64,000 bases of DNA from Lineus longissimus (Eukaryota). Each line of letters starts with the position of its first letter. The first letter of the stretch is position 1. Of this stretch, positions 35,642 through 50,662 are shown in pieces. The notes under the pieces are model-generated. The model made no database searches, was not told the origin of the DNA, and saw nothing but the letters and a program-made list of their open reading frames with translations. The DNA is taken from contig NC_088308.1 in the NCBI RefSeq assembly GCF_910592395.1, positions 558,001-622,000 of the forward strand, written 5' to 3'. The position numbers were made by a program, and so were the translations under genes.

Positions 35642-38600
35642 AACCAAGACGTGTTTTGACATTAGCAAAGATAAAGCCAGCTTCATTCCAAATAATCGTG
35701 GGCTTTTGAGTTACATATCTTTGTGCCCCTCGCTCTTAGTCTTGTATGCAATGCGTCTTCTCAATCAGGTTATTGGTCAACACACTGCAGAAAGGCCCTA
35801 AATAGATAGAGATCAATCACTCTTCAAAGGATGAGTTTTTCTCAAACCTCTGAGTGTCCTTTGGGAACGTTCCTAATTGCTACAGATGTGACGAATACTG
35901 TTTACTTGCGGCGTTTAAAACAGATTATTGAGCCGGAAAATCCTAGTTCATTGGATTGTTTTCCTACTAGTGGACTAGAACTGAGTTTAATCAATTTGTG
36001 AATACTCCGCCGATTGAGGGTTATGCATGGCAAATACATTTAGTCAGCTCAAATTGAACGACAGATTGTAATTCAATTTTGAATAATGAACCTAACCCTT
36101 GCTTCAGTGCCAAGCTTTGAACTTGGCAGGAATTATGCATTGCTGCCCGGGGATTGCTGTCTGATGGATAACATGTTTAGTATGCGAGACACATTACAGA
36201 CAATGATACTGGGACAACGATCCAATACCATGAACTGATTTCTGATAACATCCACCGAGACACAACAGGCAATTCATGCCTTTTATCAGCCCCAATGAGA
36301 GTTGGCTGTGCTTTGATCAACTTTCAATTATCCTGCTGATAAGTCGCATCATGTTCCGATATACGCGAGCTGTCAGTAACTTTCAGTGATTCTTAATAGT
36401 ATGACTTTATGGTGGCGGCCACAAACTTAAACAGTCCACAACTTGCATACCGTTCACCAACTTGAACTGTTCACAAACTTGAACAGCCAACAAACGAGTG
36501 AACCGTTATTACCGTAGCTTATCCTTTACCCTTGCCTTAAAGACTCTGATTGTATCTATGTAATGACTATTGCGGCAATTGGGTGGAATATTGTCGATTG
36601 CTGTTGGTGGTGAAGCTGTTTGTGTAACTTTCCCACAATTGTCGATGATCCTGTTGCTATTTCCCATCCGATGGGGACCATTCGCCATTAGACTAGGTCC
36701 AATACCACCAGACGCAATTATTGTCATACTGGCAAATAGTGCCAACTTGGCGGAGGGTTTGAAGGATTCGCAGTCACCTTTTGAAGCGGTATCATCACAT
36801 TGCATTCATGCAATCAAAGCTGGAATAAGTCTGAAGTGTTTTGATGCTAAACCTACTCATTTCTGAGTCACGGGTTACAACACGCCAGAATGATATGTTA
36901 GTATGCATGTGTAGTATGCTAACATTGAAAGGGATGCAAGACCTGCACAATTGAATGAGAGGATCACACATGAAAGGATGCAAATGTCAAAGGTTATGAT
37001 ATGAAACACTGCCATGTTATGTATACTTGGCATGAAGATCTCTTTGTAAGAACTTCAATGAAATAGGCTGCTTTACGCATTTGATACTGAGGTAAAGTGA
37101 GAAGTTGATCTGGATTTCACAGGGTTTGCTGTCAGTAACTTTGTTCACTGTACACACAAATGATGCAAGGAGTCAATGGTCCGTGAAAGAGCAGCGACAA
37201 TTTTCCAGTCAGATATCCATGCAGGATGCGACGTGAATTGAAGTCTTGATAGTGAAAATATGGCATGAATGTTGACCATAGGGCTCTAAAGCGTTTCGCA
37301 AGCGCGAGATATTTTTATCTTCTTTTAGCTGCGACCTGCGACAATTTAACTAACCTGCAACTGCTTTCCAATCACAATTTTCATGTTGTTGCTGTGACGT
37401 CGCAGGTCGCAGAATGAAGCTACATGTAGCAGCCTCAAATGTGTCCCATTCCATTGACAAGCCTCAATGTACCAACCCTGGTCTCCATGAGTGGTGAACG
37501 TGATTGTTTTGAGAGAACCCCTTGAGTGTTCCTCAATTAGTACCTCATACTGCTTAATTGACATAATTGAGCTTTCCTTGTCTAATTTAATACTAATTTC
37601 CGTTCTCAGCAGTTGCGTCCTATCCTGCCCAATACTCGCACCAGCCAGTTGTACAGCGAGGCTGAAATCCCCTTTCTCTGTGTACGGTTCCTCTTTAGAC
37701 ACACGTGTCATAGGGGACCATTTGGCGTTGATTCTGAGTTGTGCCGCGGCCACCCGGCCTGCATCGAAAAACACGCCCTCAATTTCTGCAGATTCTGCTT
37801 TTATATACAGCCTGATGATGTCCTCTATGATATATTTATTTGATTAATTTTAAAATCTAGGGAACTAGCAACTGTTGCATCTTATACTTCCTGCGGTTTT
37901 CACTTACGCCGCGTGTAATAATAATGCAGGTTCATCAAGTGTTTGAAAAGCTACCATACATAATACATTCCATCACACATATTACACATGTCAAACGTTT
38001 TTCTGTCGTTTTCAAGTATTCTTCAGTAGCATCTACTGTCTTTGAAACTCTATCTAAGTATCGAAAAACAATACAATTATGCGTTCATCAACAAGATCTA
38101 ACAACTCATGAACAAGATGAAGTGGGTCTCGACCGAAATTGCTTCCCCGCAACTGGCGAGGTTTCTAAATGATTCAATTGTCGAAATGTGTGGTCAATAG
38201 CGGTCCCTATCACACATGTACTGGTTACACGAGTGTATGCGCCTGTCAATCTTTTCTGTTAAGTTACCATCATCTAACCGTAAAAGAGGTGATGTTGCTA
38301 CGTTCTGTAGTGATGTTAAGTACAGAATAATAATGTCACATTTTCGTCTATGCAGAATTGCTCTATCTCGGAATCTCATCGCTATCAACAGAACAAACCT
38401 AACAGGTGTCGACAGATCACCACATCATTCTCTTGTGAAATTGAATGCATGTAATGCACCGGTCTTGACTGGTTTGAGTCGGCAAGGGACTTGGGTAGCT
38501 CTTCTCACTCCTCAGGCAAATCTGATAACGTCTGTGTGAGAATCCAACCAGTATTCAGTTAATGGGCTTGACAACTCGTCAAGAAGGTGATACAAAGTCT

Positions 38601-41600
38601 TCAGAGGGTAGAGCCCAACGAGTAGAATCGGAAAGAAACTGTCGGTATCATAGTGAAAGCTGTTACAGATGATAACTTTGGAGTGGGTGAAATCGATACG
38701 ATGGCGTACAATGCAGTATATGTCTTCTCCCTTCTTCTGTCATCTGACTTATCTTCGCTTATTTTTATAATTTACCCCTTTTTCTTCCTCTGTCAATATA
38801 TCTTGATATGAGAACTAAAAAAACAAACTCATGGTGACATATTTGTGATGCACTTTCAATCTCCTTCTCCTGGCTAGAATAAGGAATTGGCCTAATATAT
38901 GTGACAATTAGCCTCTGCCCTAAGATCATGAAATATTTTGATTGTGGGCTGTTTTTTTTCAGTCATGTATGCTGAAACATTGAAACTGTATTGTTGGGAT
39001 AATTAGAACAATCTCCAGTGATATTCTGTATTAGTTATTGTGATGACCCACTTATATAGGCATGAATATAGTGCTAACCCACTTAGGCATTGTTTGCCAG
39101 TTGAATGGAAAAGAAGATCGGTTACTTGGAGCTGTCTTGTCATCTGGTCTGTTTGTAGATGGATGTAGTGGGAACTATTTTGTCATCAACCGAGGACTCA
39201 TATCACTTTCTGGATGGCAAGTATACTTTTGTATTGGCATCCGACCTTCTTGGTGATTATAGATAGAGGAGCTGGGGACGAGCTAGCTGTTGCGGAAACT
39301 CTTTAGTTTACGGCAAATTCTGCATGTCTGATCATGCCTGGTGAGTAGGCCTACTTAGGAGTAGAGCATTGAAGTCAGGCCCTAAACGTGCATAGTTGTT
39401 CAAAGCCCGCATCTTCAGTTTAGATTGACAAAAGACCGGCGCTGGCCCCACTACAGCAAGTCGCATATATGACCGAAGCCTATTTCAATGGGCTAACAAT
39501 GAGTGGACAACACTAATTTGCCCGGGACGTCATCTTGTCGATTTCAGCAGCTGTGCGTCAGTTGTCAACAATTCAATTAACGCTATTTTAATGCAATCAC
39601 TATCCACCATATCAATATCATTTCCTCCTCTCATTAGAAACCAGCTGGTTTCTCTCACTTGCTTAGGAGGTAAAGGGATACCATAGGCACGGGTCGCGTG
39701 GGCCAGGTTAAGTTATACCATGTGCCCGATAGGTGTCTCTACTGATATTTAACACCCCTTTCCTCACAAAAACTTGTGCTGATCATCCAGCTACATCCGC
39801 ACTTTCCCACACTCAGACTAACCCAACACTCTATAAAATATAAGAAAACTTCGAGAATATTGGTAGATGTCAGTTGACAGTCGATAGCCGTCAGACTCTC
39901 TGGTGTTGCTAGTCAAATGAGAGCTTATCGGTAAACTGTCCCTTGAGATGTTCTCTCCATAAACATAACAAACCATTATCGATTGAAAAAGCATTAACAG
40001 TATGGGTTTCTTCTCCATCAGCTAAGTGTCCTTTAATTTGCGAGTTGGTCGATAGGTCTATTGGGGAATTAGTGTCCAGGAATCACAAAACATTGGCCGT
40101 AAGTATAGTTGAAGAGATGATGGCTGCTTTTAGTGTAAGGGGTATTGCTCTTGGTAATAAGAGATAGAGTCCAAGTCAATATCGTACCTGTTCCTTACAT
40201 TGCTTTATGAGATTCTCGATAAACATTACCAGACCTCCCTTCCCAATAATGGCATTGCCTTTGTTGACCGATCGCTCAGGCTTGAACTCCACTTTGCCGC
40301 CTTGGACTTCGTTAGTCACTGTTGGAATGCCTCTTGGTGTCTACATAATCATGGCTTATCGCAATAGTATATTCTATCAAGTTTCTTTAAAAGTGTCAAT
40401 GCATCAGTAATTGTGCAGAAGATTAGAAAATCTCCAAAGCATGGTGTATTTAGTTTCTGAAACTGATCATAGAATGGGAATCTAACATGTTCTTAATAAG
40501 CTACAGGCAGAAGATTCAAGCGAATTCTATAATGGTCACTGTCGATTGGTACTGGCATGCAAACGTGCAGACCAAAGCACACGATCGATGTGGTCAACTG
40601 AATAACAACACTTGCTTGCTCAGGTTTGGATTTGCCTTTCCTTGCTGATGGTACTATGTCTTTATGCCAATTGTCCTGCCTTGGATTAGTTTACTCTTGT
40701 CAGCAGTATAGTAACTAATGCAGTCAGCACAGAGAGCAAACTTATCAAAGAAAAACTCACCAAACCAAGGCATTGTGATTATTTAAGAAAAGCTCCTATA
40801 AACTAAACGGGTTCCAATAAACCTGATCGATGGATACAGACCAACTGAGAGCGTGATGATATTTCCTAAAACAATCCACTTTCTCTGTGAGATTGGATTA
40901 GGACACTGCTGTGACGAATATTACAGCATTGCAGGAGGGACACTAAGTTAGAAGTACAAGCAAAATCGTAATGAGATTTGGAAGGTTTGTGTCTGTCAAT
41001 AAGATTTCTTTCCCGATCTCTGTAGACTTGAGGCGATTATATGAGGGGGATGGGGGATTTAGCTGGCAACAGTTGGTAAAGAAAAAAACTTTTCAGAAAG
41101 CTGTCGAACCCCTCTTTGTTGATGCCTTGGACAGTAGGAAGTTATGGAAAATCCCGTCTAACTCCGTAGCATAGGGACCAAGGTCACGAGTGATGTGTCC
41201 GAGCAGAAGGTTAATCACTGACTTAATTTCTTAGCTACCTTAGCCTTGTGCCTGGTAAGAAAGAAACGTTGTCAGATGAGTGCTAGTTGATCACCTCCAT
41301 GACAAAATACTCAGAAAAGATATTTTCATCCCATTTCTTTTCGGATTCCTCTCATTCCAATACGTGGCTTGCAACCTAGCCATACAGCCCAATTCTGTGG
41401 TATGTTTCTTTAAGCCCTTCCCTTCCGAACTCACACATTGGATTCTTTGGTTTCATTCTTTACGGTGCTTTCTATTGTTTTTACTCCATGTGAAGTTTTG
41501 CCAAGGGACTAATGCCAACATGGGTTGGATTGTTTACAATGTAGACACAGTACTTTTTATTTTTTTCACCTACGAGCAGTGCAGGCCTATCACATTCCTG

Positions 41601-44600
41601 ATATAAAGCATATATATAGATAAGGTTGCTATTTTATGAAGCTGTACTGTTAAGTTCTTCCCATGGCGCAGGCAATGGGCTAGACATGACAGTCTGGGAT
41701 TCATTCAGTCCATCAGCCTCACGTGCGAGCTTTATAACTCCAGTGGTGCCTACCTTTTGTTAGAAATTTGGTGTGAATGTTTGGTGCTTTGAGCTGAAGA
41801 GGAGCCTATTGATTTTGGGGCGGTCTTTGAAACAATTTGGTGCGGCAGTAGCCATGTTTACATCAATATTCTGCCTTTTCTGACACCCGATAGTAATTCT
41901 ACATGCACCAGTGACCAGCTTGCGAGCTTCCAAAGAATTAATGAATAATAAAAATTGGCGCAACCATCAATCATGATCCCCTAGGATACGAACAATAAGG
42001 CGGGAGATGGCCACGCACAACTCAGGCAGAAGAGAACAACACGAGTTTGCTTTTGCTGATCATTTGGCTATCTCTGGTGTTGTCCTTGATGGGTTGCTCG
42101 GCTGAGTGTCTGTGGTTTGGTGTGAACTCCAGCTGTCGAGGACCTCCGATGTCTTAGTGAAATCTGATGTGTGTTGCAAATCTTTGAAAACTACCATTGA
42201 GATAGCACTGTTGTTCAGAAGAGAATCACACCCATGACCTCTCAGTCACCGCTATAAACACAACACCATGCAGTCCACCATTCCTTATTTTTTTGTGCGA
42301 AATTCCCTTTAAGGCCGGACTACATCCACCAAGACATTAATACCTTCTCTCTCTGCACCCACAAAGCCCCCCGGGTATCATCAAAGCCCTTGGGCAGATC
42401 CTAACTTTATTACCATTGTCCGATATAATGATGATGATCATGGAAAACGACTATCATTACTCGGATACTTGATACCAAGGGTATTCGCTGCCACCATTTC
42501 CATTAGGTTTAATCGCCGTCTGCCATCCAACATTTGGGATTCTCGTATAACATAGCAATCCTTGCCTTGGAACGTCTCTGGTGGATGTTTACTCGTGCTG
42601 GAACATATTCAATCATCTTATCTTAGAAATAGACTACAGGGTGTAGCAAATGATTTGAATGTATGGCGGTCACCCCATTGCCCGTTCCCCATTGTCAGTT
42701 GTTCTGTGACACTCCAAAATGAAAGCTCTTTACATTCATACACGAGTAAGCGAGAAACCTTTCTGTTGAAACAAAGGAGTCCACATGTTGCGCCTTGACT
42801 TACGATGTTTGAATACAATGGTCATTATGATGATGGCCACTGCACACTAGGATGACGTCATCACCTGGCATGCTGGAGGGACAGACAAAAGAAAGGAAGC
42901 CAAATGACCATGACAGCATTTGATTGTTCTGATTACCAATAAATGGCTGACCGTGAAAACACTCTATACTGCGTTACCTTTGGCCATTTCAGGCCAGTTG
43001 TTGTTGTACTTTATCAGGAACAATGGCTGATGGACAAATCGCATGGTGATCAGGTCATTAAATGGACATACACTCTGGCAAATAAAGGTTCCGTTACACC
43101 ATGGAAAATGATAACTATCGTCAAACACATACTGACTGGAAACCATGGCAATTGGATTAGCTTAATCTAAATGGTGATGAAAGATTCACCGGCTTCATCA
43201 ATGGAGTCTGTAGCTTATCTATTATTGGTGCTTAGTGTGATTTATTGCAGTTTGACAGATCATTAATGCATCAAGGTAATGAGAGATAGATGGTAATCAC
43301 GGGATCCAAACATAAACAACGATGGGAGAAATCATCAATCTATTTGAATTGGAGGGGATATGTAAACCCATTAGAGCATGATGTCGCATTGGGATGGAAC
43401 ATATCAAAGTTATAACGGACGGCCATAATTCTACCACCGGAGACCAACATGCAAAGAAAACCAGTGAATCATGTTGAAAGGACAGTTATTGGACTGACGT
43501 GATTAGAGAGGTACATTTTGTAAATAGATAATGTACTGCGCTGTCATTGATGCAGTCCAGACTGAATCTACAGTCCTTGATAAAGATGTCATGCTCACTC
43601 AGGTTTCTTTCATTACACATTTTGAACAAGAAGAAGATTCGAAGTGATCAGATAATGAATGGAGGGAGTGCCGTCATAAGATAGGTTGCCTCTTAGATGT
43701 GATATCGAACTCTTTGATTGTGTGGTATAGAACCAGCTGCCAAAACATCTCCAAACATCGCTCCTCGAAACCCCCGTGAGAAATGAATAAACGGATGTTA
43801 ATTGAATATGATTGGAAAATCATATTTATGAGTAATCACCAGGATGACTGATGATAAATTGACCACTTGGGAAATCCAAACTCTGTAAACTTCAAGTAGC
43901 AAATAGCCATAAACACTCGATGGAGCAGAACGATTCGAAACAAATCTAGAACGTATTCAAGCCAAATTATTCAATTTCCACTGAATTGTGTCTAAAGATG
44001 CAAAGTAATTCAAGCAGAATTGTGATAAAACTTGACTATTCACATTCTCCTTCATATCGGGATGATCTGTGATTGAATTTTGACTGAGCTTTAATTAAAA
44101 ACAGTTGCTTTTCAAATCTATTAACTGGAACATTTGGTGTGATAACGGCGAGCTAGTATACAAGTAGAAATCTGATATCAATTTGATTGTGTTCTGAAGT
44201 GCTCGCGGCCACACCTATACCTCGAACTAGAAGAAAATAATGATTGCTTGCGACTTGACCTTGACTCGCCATTTGACCTCTCTGGCCGATCGAATTGATA
44301 CACAAGCCAATCACAAACTATCAATGTCTGATATGATGGGTTGCCAACATATGAGCAATTATAGGAGAAATAGCGGGACATGGATCTGATGTGGATGTCT
44401 GATTAATCAGTCATGCTTAGCGGTTCCAAGACATTGCCATTCGACAAGAAGGAGAGTGGATATTCTGGAGCCTTGAGACTAGAGGATGGCATCCCCAAGA
44501 GGGCATCTGTGCGTCACTCAACTGGACTATGCCTTCCTGGCTGAAGGTGGAAAACCCTTCTTGGGAGCCCAACGGTAGTAGCACATAACAAATGAGCTCG

Positions 44601-45159
44601 CAGAGCCACCGTGGAGGAAGCAGAAGAAGAAGAACCAATCACATTTATTAGGGTTGACCAAATATTTGTCATGAGGCAATTCACCACAGATCCTTCCATG
44701 CCTTGTTTTGTAAGTCTCTTGTTAAGAATTTATTAGACCATGTTTTGCCTTGGCGATGGGCTTCAAGATAAACATTGGTGTAGAGTCAAGTTACGACAGC
44801 TGTTAGGGCTGGGACGTGTTTGGGGGGGGGGGGGGTTCGCGGGGGAGGGGCTATGAGAATTCGTAAGCTTGGGACCAGTGCTATGGTGAGTTTAGCACTG
44901 GAAGCACTGGAAGACGGGACGAGGAATGCATTGGGGCTGCCTGGAAATTGGTATGGTTGGAACAATGCTTATGGAGTAATCTTTTGAATGAAGAATGGGC
45001 CTGCTTGGATTGAATATAGATGTTGACCTATAAATGATCAACACCGCATAGTGGCTGGCTTGTTCACTTTATCAAGTAAGATGGACGCTGACCAGCAGAC
45101 ACTTCAAGATATGGTCCAACTCCTCCACCAAAAGATCGCACGTCTCCACCACCTGTTGG

Positions 45160-45300
45160 AGAAGTGGGACCATGGTGGAGGAGTGGGACCTTTTGTTGGA
45201 GGAGTGGGACCATGGTGGAGGAGTGGGACCATGGTGGAGGAGTGGGACCATGGTGGAGGAGTGGGGCCTTTTGGTGGAGCAGTGCTACCAGTGGTGGAGC
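45160..45300. repeat. 19-bp minisatellite (GAGTGGGACCATGGTGGAG), about 7 copies
   Basis: Directly visible. Confidence 0.9.
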
Positions 45301-45947
45301 AGTTTGACCAGACGTTATAGGTGGCGTTAGGGTCGCTGGTCGAACCCCTCTACGATCAACAAGTGGTTGAATAGTTCCAAAATTTATAAATTCAGCCCTG
45401 GTAACCCTAACCCGCGCGATCGAAACTGGTGGAGTCGTTGGACCTTTTATAACTCTGGCCCCCACATGCAAGTGCAGACCTACTTAGGGTTTGGTTATGC
45501 CTTTATGAAATTGTATGGCATGTCTGTGTTCATTATAGCTACAGTCTACAGCCGTATAACATGATTTCATATGAGAAGCTCGACTAGCTAATCTGATAAG
45601 GGTGTTGCCTTTTCTCATCAGAACCAACCACTCCACCCTCAGAAGGACATGGGTCACTCATCAACTCTCTCTCTCCGCATCATAACATGATTTCCGCTCG
45701 CCCTTCATGTCTAAACCAGTTACCACTTGACCTAACTATTAGGCCGGGTGTGACACTGACCGAGAACATCCTCCTCGAGAATCAAGAGCAGAGCATGTTG
45801 GCCAGGACTATTAGCCCTATTTATAAAGGGAAGACGTTTAAATTAAATGGTAAGTCAGGGAGGATAGCCGGCTGGTGGATGTTTCCCACCCTTTTGCGGT
45901 CCCCAGGTATGATACGTCACTTGATGTGTCCTTTAACTAGTGTTGCT

Positions 45948-46193
45948 CTCTGGTTATGCTACGACCCATACAGTGAGGCTACGACCAACCCAGCGAGGTC
46001 ACAACCCACCCAGAGAGGTTTCCCACTTCTCAGGTTATGCTACGACCCATACAGTGAGGCTACGACCAACCCAGCGAGGCCACAACCCACCCAGAGAGGT
46101 TTCCCACTTCTCAGGTTATGCTACGACCCATACAGTGAGGCTACGACCAACCCAGCGAGGCCACAACCCACCCAGAGAGGTTTCCCACTTCTC
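45948..46193. repeat. 81-bp tandem repeat x3
   Basis: GGTTATGCTACGACCCATACAGTGAGGCTACGACC...TTTCCCACTTCTCA, near-identical units. Confidence 0.95.
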
Positions 46194-49100
46194 ATTCAAC
46201 TCAATGTCCCCATAACTGCTTATGATACGACTATATGTGTTCTTAAACCCGTCATGCTACGACCAATGTTCTAGCGAGGCTTACCCCTTCTCTTGCTCAA
46301 CAGCCTCTATCTCGTGTAGCCGGCCTGACCAGTGTAATTAAGAGCTCAGGCGGCTTCAGCAAATATTGATCTGTCCACCGCCATAATCCTTTTCGAGGCA
46401 AACTGGACATGAAGCATATCCAGGATTAAGTGGATGGTCGTGATCTGCTTAAACAACCACTGACCTTAGGATGGCATGTGACACGCAAGAGGGGCAATCC
46501 TCTTCTGCTTGGAAGACTGTTTACGTATCATGAGATAAGGCTATCTATCTGAATCTGAATTAAACCACTTTATAGCATGGATAATGATGATTACATCAGC
46601 CGAGAGAGATGGGCGAATACCTAACTTCATCCATTGCATGGTCATGTAGGCGGTTGTTGTCGTGGAAGACACTTGCTTTCTTTAGCCAATTTTTTCAAAT
46701 ATATCAACATACATCTAATAGATTTGTGCATTTTTTGGGGTTGGTGTAGTCTTTTGGTTAAGGTGTAGAATTCTGAACCCTCTCCCCTCAAAGATAATTA
46801 ATCAACGTTCCTTACCAGTAATGATGTATGTATGGCACAAGTGGCCAAGCCATATGAATACACAGTCTCCCACTTATAATGACCACATACCAGGATTGCT
46901 ATTTAAGGTCCCTTTCCCTTTCGAAGTCTGTCTTTGGGCAGAATGTAATAACCGTATAAGGATAAGAAACGAGGCAAACCACTGTCTTCACCACGTAATA
47001 CGACGCTGTTCAACATCACTTCACGACCAATTCTATGCAGTTTGTACGAGTTGCTTTGGGCGAGGATGCAACAACATTACAAGATCTTAAAACAATCACT
47101 TATTCAAGCGAGCGAAATCAGTGATCAAAGACACAGCCTTAACCGTATATCGCATTGAAGATTCCATTAAGCTTCATCACAGCATGGATGTGCCTCAAAC
47201 GATTCTTCAAGAAGCCCAATACCTACTGGGATGAATCTAATACACGCACGCCACAATGTGATTATAACGCAGAACATCATCAGAATCCGCTCCAATCCTC
47301 AACTCCTTGAAATACTGCAAGCCCGGGGCTCGATACTAGCAGGAGACATAATCATCCTCTTTCGGCACAACTTGATAATGTCGAAAAACATCCCGATCAG
47401 GCGATGTTCAAGAGAGTGATTTACAGTCTAAAGTGTTTCAATCGTGTTCAAGATTGAATTGAGATGGGCCAAAAGTATGCCTGGCGGCAAAATCAGGATT
47501 GAATTTCATATGAGATACGCCATCGAATCTATTAAAGTGTGTTGCTTCAAGAAATATGATTAGAAAGGTCATAAATGGAAATTTATATTCCACTCGTAAT
47601 TTCAATCTGATTATATTTCCCCTTGCATCTCACGTAACAATGATTAAGACAGCTGAATTCACGAGCAACAAGTAGGGTGTCAGTCAAGGATGAGGACATT
47701 GCTCGGGAGCCGGCAAAATCTTGGAACGTGTTGGGCAATGCGTGGTAAAGTTTTCCACCAAGATGTTCTCTACAGAAGAACCCTGTCGTGAAAGCTACTT
47801 TGAGTCCTACTGATGGATCACCAATCAATCGTGAAAGCTACAGCCCTCAGAGAAATGCAAAATTTGCATTTCCCAATAAGAAAAAAATGCCAGGTTGCCA
47901 CTGCTGTTTGGATCAAAGAAAGACCAGAAAGGTCATATTCTCCACCTTCAAACCATCACCGAGTACAGAAATGGCAATATTTCTTAACTTAATCCCAATT
48001 GATTAGCAGTATAATTGGTGTTAATCCACGAGAGGCAGACAGAAGTCTGCGTACACTTTTTGAGATCGATGACACTCAGTGCCGATTGGATATGCAATGA
48101 AGTTTGAACTTGAACTAAATTCCCTATGTTCAACGTTTCTTTCATTTCGCCAGTGGGGAATATTCTAGCAGGATGTCTGTGTTCGAGAAGTAGGTACCTA
48201 AGAGTAAGATATTATTGTCATGATAGCCTACGTGTAACCCAGTCAACCAACAGTCATATAGCACCATTTTGGTCTCTCTACATTTCTGGCTGTTCTCCAG
48301 TTTTTCAACAAGACATTTCCTCTTCTTTGATTACCCACTACATCCTTTAGTGGCCTATCCGATGTCGTAATATCGCCTATAACAACCACTTCTCTTTATC
48401 ATGATACTCATAATCATGTTTCAAATTATTTCTCTGCCATATAGGAACGAAAACAGATATTTCTTGAGGCAATGTATCAGATGACTCTGTCATAGGACAC
48501 TTGGGGAAAAAGGATCGGTAAAATGGCCTCCAAGTTTATAATGAAACGATTTTTTTGGTAGTTCCTGTGACCTGCGACGGAGCCACGACGACATGACGAG
48601 TGATTGCCATATCATGATACGTCAATCGGCGGCCGAATCTCAACCATAATTGTCACGTGGTCATGGTTCCTTCAGAGGTGGCAGCGACAATGCTCATTTG
48701 CGCGGCGGTTAACCCTTTAAGGACCCAATGGCAACATCGGGATGATGTCGTCATATCTACAGATAACCAGTGCCTAGAAACAATTTAAGCTGTTCATCTT
48801 CCCTGCCTTATCAAGATGTCATCACCAGTTAGCTGAGGAGGAATAGTAAGGTATCATCATGTTTGACATTTGGTGTGACATTAGACTGAGTGCAGGCGTT
48901 CTTCAATCACACTGTTGTAGTTTCCTAACATGACATTCAAGCATTGGTTAGATTGACGAAGCAAAAAGTACTTCGTCATCAACACCATCAGCGCAGCCTA
49001 GAGCAAAATTGGCTTAATTAACAGTCAGACATCAACATCACAAATTGTGTCAGTGTTTTATATCACTCTTCTCCATCTGTTGTTACTGGAAGTCAATCAA

Positions 49101-50189
49101 GGTCAGGGTGTATTAGTTGCTGGGTAATGAGAGCTACATGCAGCAGTCGTGTGCGGATGTAATTGGTAAACCACGGTACAGAGCAGTCATTCGTCTACCA
49201 CTTCAGCCTGTGTCGTGTTCTTTGTGATACTTTCCTTGATGTGACTGGTGGTATATGTGAGTAACTTCGTTTGTGTTGTCCTCTTTGACAGGTTTGGCAT
49301 GTTTGGCATTAGTGGTATGAGATTGATTACTGGAGCTGTGAATACTACCAGGAGTCAATATCGTTCCCAATGTGTGCTGCTGTGGGGGGAGAAGGGTTGG
49401 CAGGTATGGTGTTTCTTTCTCCAAGGTTCCCCTGGAGTGATCATTCTTGGTCTAACGTGGAATAAAGCATATCAAATGAACGTCTGACGCAGACCAAATA
49501 CTCCTTCCAAAATGATTCAAAGTTTCAGGCAGCGTGTTCCATAGCAGATCGGCTGCCTGATCGTGGTTTCCATCGGTTGCTATACTATTCAGTTATTGTC
49601 GATCGTTGGCTGTGCTCGGTTAGGCTGCTCCGTGTGTTAGTTTATTTGGATGTAGCGATTACGAGATTACTGGGGTGACATGAGGAGTCTGTAAGTAAAT
49701 ACAAGCAATAGTGGCTGCCCAGGATGGATCGATCTCAAGTTTCTGTTCGAGTAAATAGTGTTGGTGGAGTATTTAGTTGATGTTGGTTCTTGTATCTCTC
49801 CAAATTGTCTAGTTATTTAGCTCACTTTTTCATACTTATACAAGATATTTCGCCTACTGTTTCTATCGTACAGCTAAACCGACTACTGCTCGAGGATAAT
49901 CAGCCACAGCGCATAATATTTACTTTTCCAGACTTCCTGTGAGACCAGTTGATCATTTTGTGCCAACTTAACTGCTCGTAGGTCACTGCAGTTCAAGTAT
50001 TCATGAGATGTGATCATAAGCATGGGTTTATAGTCTGTTTCCGAGGATTTGGTTTGCTACCATGCCAAATTATGTGAAAAATCTATTGTTTCTTCAGGTT
50101 AGCCATCAGTGATGTGCTGGAAGAATCGGATAATCTGTGCAGAGATATCTCACAACCATAACCAGCCATTTTTGCTTCAGGTAAGTTCA

Positions 50190-50662
50190 GTTACAAATTA
50201 CAAATTACAAATTACAAATTACAAAAGTTTATTGAATCCGTATAAAATTTACATTTTACATGGGACGAAAATACAATAAACAGTGCAGTGCAGATAGAGA
50301 GTCAGAAGAAAAGAGAGTAATAAGTAATAAAAGTAATCAAATAATACAGAAATTACTTAAGAGTGCAAGAGAGTTAGTGGGCATTATTACAATGATTGCA
50401 GCAGTATTTTTAATAATTATAGAGCTTTCCTCACCTGAAATGCTAGATAACAGAATTTGCCGGTGAGGCGAGCTACATTGCCTTCAGCAGTTAAAAGATA
50501 TAATAATAGATTTCTATTTGAAAGTTCATTGGTTAACCCAATTCGAGTTTTGTTCAAATATTTATCACGAAGGTTAGAGAGCAAAGGGCATGAACACAAA
50601 AAGTGAGTCTCATCTTCAGTTTCTTTGATTCCCAATGATAAACAGTGAGGGCACCATCTCTC
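50190..50662 (-). mobile_element. 5'-truncated non-LTR retrotransposon (LINE) 3' end
   Basis: Minus strand encodes ERWCPHCLSLGIKETEDETHFLCSCP (C-terminal CCHC zinc knuckle typical of LINE ORF2), followed by a 3' UTR, AATAAA and a (TTTGTAA)n microsatellite tail at 50190-50225. Confidence 0.85.

Noticed and set aside
45051..45471. ORFs on both strands
   Set aside because: Products of the 19-bp minisatellite
45687..46274. 195-aa and 91-aa ORFs
   Set aside because: Open only because of the 81-bp stop-free tandem repeat; no gene signals
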